Of a stretch of 52,272 bases of DNA, positions 47,877-52,272 are shown in pieces. Location of the stretch: the NCBI GenBank assembly GCA_008369845.1, contig MRSU01002382.1, positions 1-52,272 of the forward strand. Reading direction: 5' to 3'. The position numbers and the translations under genes are program-made. The notes beneath the pieces were generated by a model. It was not told the origin of the DNA. It worked only from the letters and a program-made list of their open reading frames with translations, and did no database searches. The number at the start of each line of letters is the position of its first letter. The first letter of the stretch is position 1. Origin of the DNA: Trichomonas gallinae. Lineage: Eukaryota.

Positions 47877-49964
47877 ATGGATTCTTCTTTAGACAGCGAC
47901 AGGCCTCACTTTGAGTTCACTGACACTGACGAGGAGGAGTCTTCGGGAATGGCTGGCGAAGTCCAGCTGTTTGAAGATGAGGAAGAAGATATTGAATTTC
48001 ATCAGACAGAGAATGAGGCCGAAACAAGCGAAGCAAGCAACGATGAGGATGTTAGGCAATTCATTAACGAGCTCAAATCATTAAATATAGCACGAAAGAA
48101 AATAAAAAAGTTTTCTGATAAAGAAAACGACGAAAACGTGCCACAGAACAGTAATACAAGACACCAGAATGTCCAGATCAAAGGGAAAAAGAAAAATACC
48201 GATAGATTAATTGAATTAGCAGAATTGGGCTTCAGAGACAAGAATGAAGACAAAACAAATCAGGGGAATAAGCATAACAAGAAGATAGATCCGAATATCC
48301 TGGAAAGACTCAATAAACGCGACACTGATGCAAAAGTTAATGAAATTCTTAAACAAGAGAAAAGGGAAGCAGAGGAAGCACACCAAAAGCGAATAGAAGA
48401 ATCACAGTTCAAAAATATAGCTAGAGGAACCCAAGAAACTTGCATTGACCAATATTTCGCAAAAATTCAAAATGATGAAGGAAAAATCACTGTTGAGCAA
48501 TTAAAAGATCTCCTTAAGTCAATGTGCATTATGGAAGCATCAAACACAAAACAGTGCAACCAAGATAGCATTACAAATAACAAGATTTTAGATGATAAAT
48601 TGCCAGAATGGGAAGTAGAGAATAAAAGGTCATCAGACAAACTATACTCGGTTGAAAAAGTCCATACATCCATCAAAGAAGCTCTAGATGAGAATTCTAA
48701 CACGAAATTCGACAAATTTGTTAAAAGGAGGATATTTTTAGCAATGGTGAACGGTGAGATCGGATTAAATCGCGCAAACCGCAGCAACCAAGAACTCCCG
48801 CCTCCAGAAATCGTTGATCCACAGAAGCAAAAAGAAGAAGAAAAACAAAAAATGATCCAAATGAAACAAAAGGAACAAAACGAACAAATAGCTGCTAAAA
48901 CAGTTGAATCCAAGATCCAAGAGGCTTTTAAAGGCGTCCCAGATATTGCCACAAATGCGCAAGTCGCTTCAGCCCTTTTCAAGCTGAGTTTAGTCACCAC
49001 GATTACGACGAAAATTGACGAAGTCCAAAATTTCAGTGAAGTTCTTCCAGTTTGGATTGCAGAGCAGAATGAAGACCAGCCCACGAAATACAACACCCAG
49101 AACATCATATCTTCGCTGAAAGAATCATTTTCGTCTAAAAGTGGGTCAGAATTTAATAAATTTGCAAGACAAAACTTAATTTTCACTCTTGCGAATGGAA
49201 AATTGCGAGAAATGCCACAGAAGAAAGAGCACCAGCCGATTAAACGCGACAAGTTCCTAGTCTACCAGAAGAAAGAAGAGAATGTCGAGAGAATTTCCCG
49301 CGGCTCTCAAGCGTTGATTAAAGAAAAGGACCTGAAAAGCATCGCGGACAGAGTCTTGGACGAATTAAAGGCGAAAGACGACGAAAACAAGAAGCGAAAA
49401 GAAGAAGTTGAAGAAGAAGAAAATAAGAGGATCGAAGCCAGAAAGATAGACAAGAAGAAGGAGGAAGAAATCCGCCAGAAACACCAGGAAGCGATCATGA
49501 GAATCAGCCAAGAAAACAAAGAAAAGAAGAAATCAAAAGTTTTGCCACCGACAAAAATGACTTACGAAGAATACCTCCAAAAGAAGGAGAAAGACGACGG
49601 AAAAGCTCCGGAAATTCCTGGCTACGACAAGAAGATCAACGCCATGAGGAAGGCCTGGGAATCGCATCAAAAACAGCCGGAAGCGAGAATGAGTTATCAA
49701 GAGTTCGAGAAAAAGAAGAGCATTCTCTTCAAGGACGTAAAGAAGCCAGATGGATGGGACCAGAAGGTTCAGCAGATGAGGCTCGGTTACCAGCTCGCTT
49801 TGAAGAAGAAAGAAGAAGAAGCGAGAAGGAAAGAAAATTACAATTCTTCGCCGAAGAGTTCAAGACGATCTGTTTCCAGTTTCTCTTCTGTTTCAACGCT
49901 GAAAGAGAATGGAAACTCACACCTCTTGGAGATTGACGAAGATTCAATCGTTGAACCTATGTAA
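47877..49964 (+). CDS. Hypothetical protein with two pairs of internal repeats and coiled coils
   Basis: Long K/E-rich ORF. Likely start is ATG 47877, because the upstream in-frame part overlaps the CCDC61-like start and an AT-rich spacer. Confidence 0.8.
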   Translation: MDSSLDSDRPHFEFTDTDEEESSGMAGEVQLFEDEEEDIEFHQTENEAETSEASNDEDVRQFINELKSLNIARKKIKKFSDKENDENVPQNSNTRHQNVQIKGKKKNTDRLIELAELGFRDKNEDKTNQGNKHNKKIDPNILERLNKRDTDAKVNEILKQEKREAEEAHQKRIEESQFKNIARGTQETCIDQYFAKIQNDEGKITVEQLKDLLKSMCIMEASNTKQCNQDSITNNKILDDKLPEWEVENKRSSDKLYSVEKVHTSIKEALDENSNTKFDKFVKRRIFLAMVNGEIGLNRANRSNQELPPPEIVDPQKQKEEEKQKMIQMKQKEQNEQIAAKTVESKIQEAFKGVPDIATNAQVASALFKLSLVTTITTKIDEVQNFSEVLPVWIAEQNEDQPTKYNTQNIISSLKESFSSKSGSEFNKFARQNLIFTLANGKLREMPQKKEHQPIKRDKFLVYQKKEENVERISRGSQALIKEKDLKSIADRVLDELKAKDDENKKRKEEVEEEENKRIEARKIDKKKEEEIRQKHQEAIMRISQENKEKKKSKVLPPTKMTYEEYLQKKEKDDGKAPEIPGYDKKINAMRKAWESHQKQPEARMSYQEFEKKKSILFKDVKKPDGWDQKVQQMRLGYQLALKKKEEEARRKENYNSSPKSSRRSVSSFSSVSTLKENGNSHLLEIDEDSIVEPM

Positions 49965-50652
49965 TTTGCTGTTTTTTTTTCTTATTTTTGTATTTCTAAA
50001 TTTTTGTTTATTTTAATAACAGCATCTTTTTAACTTATATTCCTTCATTATATTAATACAAATACATAAATATAGATGATTCTTTTCCATTGTGGACGAT
50101 GATAGCGAGAAAAATAAATATCAGTATACATAATTTAAATTAGTTATCGCATAGTAATTTATATATATTTTAAAATTAAAAGTTCCATTGACAAGAATGT
50201 TTATTTTTATGATATTCTAACCTATATATGAATGTTTTCCATGAGTTATTAAATAATTTCAGTATTTTATTTAGATTTTTGATATATTATCATAATAACA
50301 TGTTTGTATAAAATATACGCGAAATTTAGCTCATATATGATTATTTTCAATGTTTAGAGGAAGAATTTATCATATTTATTTTGATTATAATATTTCATTC
50401 ATTTTTTCAATATTAAGCTAGAGTATGTCTTTGTAAAGATTTTGTAACTTATAACATAAAAATCCTTTATATAAAAACATTAATAAAAAGAGAAAATTAA
50501 AAATTTTCCTCTAAATTTGGCTTTGAATTATTCTAAACAACAAAAAACAACTATATTATAATAGTATCTTATAAATATGATAATATATAATCAAAACAAG
50601 CAAAACTAAAAATTCATCAAAATTCGAAAGCTGAAAAATCGAAGAAAATCCA

Positions 50653-52044
50653 TTAGTGGTAGTTCTGACGCAAGAACTTGATCATTTCAGGAATCGCATC
50701 TTTTTCTGATGAAAATTTCTCAATTAAAACTGCTAAAGCAGTCCTGTAGTTAAGGAAATCATATCCATTTTCAGAAATCTCCAATTCCAGAAGTACAGTG
50801 TTCTTTGAGCTTTCTCCAGGTGGAATATTGCAAATTAAAGTTTGTTCTGCGCCAATTATAGCAGCAATGAGCATGAGCATCCACACATGCTTGTAATCAT
50901 CATCGCTGAGCTTAAATGATAGATTGTCAACATATTTAATGATGCAAAAAATATCTCGACGCATATCTGATGCTCTTGACAACTCAGGCTGAGTTCCACC
51001 GTAATAATCAGCGAAAAAATGCAATGATTGACATATAGATTTTTCGATTGCATGCTTAATTATCGGTGAATCTTGATTATTAATATAAAGACTGTCAAAA
51101 TACAATTTCCAGCAGCGAACTGGATCAGAAGGAAGGCCATATTCATCACCATTCCATTTCAAATCAGCAAATCCCGGTAAAATATATTTCGTAAAATTTT
51201 GATACATCGAAGTAACTACTGTTTCATATGATTCTTCAACCAGAGACTTGAGTATAGGGATATGGCACATAAAAGGAGACGAAGAAAAGGTTCCTGCCAA
51301 TTCTAATTTTTGCATCGGTGGAAAGTCTTTTTTGATGAATTCCGTTATGGATTCTGAGCAATATCCACGTAGTGTATTTGGATTTATAAACAAATTCGTT
51401 CCGATCGCTTCAACGAGCCAAACAAATCTTTTTGCTGAAAAACTGGGCAAATTTATGAACGCTTTGAGCAATCTCGAGATGTAGTTGCTGTAGCTCTGTG
51501 GAATTGCGTCGTTCTTTGATATCCCAATCGATCGAACTAAACCCGCTAAAGCGTAAAATCTGTCAATAACATCGTTTTCTGTCTTAACTACAGCGAGATT
51601 GCAGAGCTCTGAGTCCAAAAATGCATCAATGCTGTACTCAAAAAGCTGAGCGGGCGTAAAAAATGTTTTTGCGATATATCTACACTGGCTTGGTGTTGCT
51701 CTGAAGATTGTTTGGAGCTCTGTATGCATAATTATCCATAATCTCTTTGGGTCATCAACCATATCTGATATTAATGACATATAATTCAAAAAATCATCAA
51801 AATTTGTACAATTCTGTATTTTTTTCATGAAATTATCGATAGAGAGTGATCTTAAAGCGAACCATATGCGAACAAAGTTGTCTTCATCAGCCGGACCCTT
51901 ATAAGTTTGTTTATAAAAATTGTTAATTTGCTTGAAAAGATATCTGAACTGCGGCCACATTTCCATTTCAACGCATTTCGCGCACTCTTCTACCATTGAC
52001 ATGGAATTTGTCGAGTTTATGGTGACTTCTTGAGAATCAGCCAT
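50653..52044 (-). CDS. Hypothetical all-alpha protein
   Basis: 463-aa ATG-initiated ORF with normal coding composition and AT-rich flanks. No motif recognised. Confidence 0.8.
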   Translation of the reverse strand: MADSQEVTINSTNSMSMVEECAKCVEMEMWPQFRYLFKQINNFYKQTYKGPADEDNFVRIWFALRSLSIDNFMKKIQNCTNFDDFLNYMSLISDMVDDPKRLWIIMHTELQTIFRATPSQCRYIAKTFFTPAQLFEYSIDAFLDSELCNLAVVKTENDVIDRFYALAGLVRSIGISKNDAIPQSYSNYISRLLKAFINLPSFSAKRFVWLVEAIGTNLFINPNTLRGYCSESITEFIKKDFPPMQKLELAGTFSSSPFMCHIPILKSLVEESYETVVTSMYQNFTKYILPGFADLKWNGDEYGLPSDPVRCWKLYFDSLYINNQDSPIIKHAIEKSICQSLHFFADYYGGTQPELSRASDMRRDIFCIIKYVDNLSFKLSDDDYKHVWMLMLIAAIIGAEQTLICNIPPGESSKNTVLLELEISENGYDFLNYRTALAVLIEKFSSEKDAIPEMIKFLRQNYH

Positions 52045-52229
52045 AAAATCTCCGAAAAAATAAAAATAACGTGCACTTTATATTATTGCTTTAAATGCAT
52101 ACAAACAGTAGAATAATATATCAATTTTTATTTTTTAAATTTAAACTTCGATAAATTCACTGAATTACAAAGATTTTTATTAGAAAAAAGGTGGGAAACT
52201 CCACTTTTTGGGAAAATTTTAAAGGTGAC

Positions 52230-52272
52230 ATGATAAAAACGCCTCCTGCAGCTCCATCTAACGTTCCAAACT
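52230..52272 (+). CDS. Possible 5' end of a gene truncated by the window edge (MIKTPPAAPSNVPN...)
   Basis: ATG at 52230, open to the window end with a rise in GC content, divergent from the 52044 gene. Only 14 codons are visible. Confidence 0.35.
   Translation, partial: MIKTPPAAPSNVPN

Noticed and set aside
48467..49252. 261-aa antisense ORF (also 20287-20886, 6938-7471, 45428-45943 and other overlapping ORFs)
   Set aside because: Shadow ORFs lying entirely within long genuine CDSs, with no motifs; expected from codon bias and low-complexity sequence.

Overview
AT-rich, gene-dense, apparently intronless eukaryotic DNA with the hallmarks of a trichomonad, most likely Trichomonas vaginalis or a close relative. 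Those hallmarks are TCAYT initiator-like elements just upstream of several ATGs, AAAGTGAC motifs, very short 5' regions, and IBD, Myb, B56 and bromodomain family genes. About 20 protein-coding genes are present: an IBD protein, a gp210/Nup210-like Ig-repeat protein, a CARMIL-like PH-LRR protein, a highly divergent DNAH6-type dynein heavy chain with degenerate ATPase motifs, a LisH-RasGEF, a bromodomain-ET protein, PP2A B56, a TALE-like homeodomain protein, CFAP20DC-like, CEP295-like, a cathepsin-B-like peptidase lacking its ATG, UIM-UBL, Myb, a zinc knuckle protein, an exportin-like protein, CFAP157-like, CCDC61-like and several hypotheticals. No rRNA, tRNA, CRISPR or intact transposon was recognised. 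The most striking unexplained signals are non-coding: phased arrays of an 11-mer TGTCATGTAAA at five separate upstream regions, an AACGT element close to the ATG of mostly initiator-less flagellar/centriolar genes, and a 135-bp triple repeat. All family assignments come from motif recognition by eye; no database searches were run.
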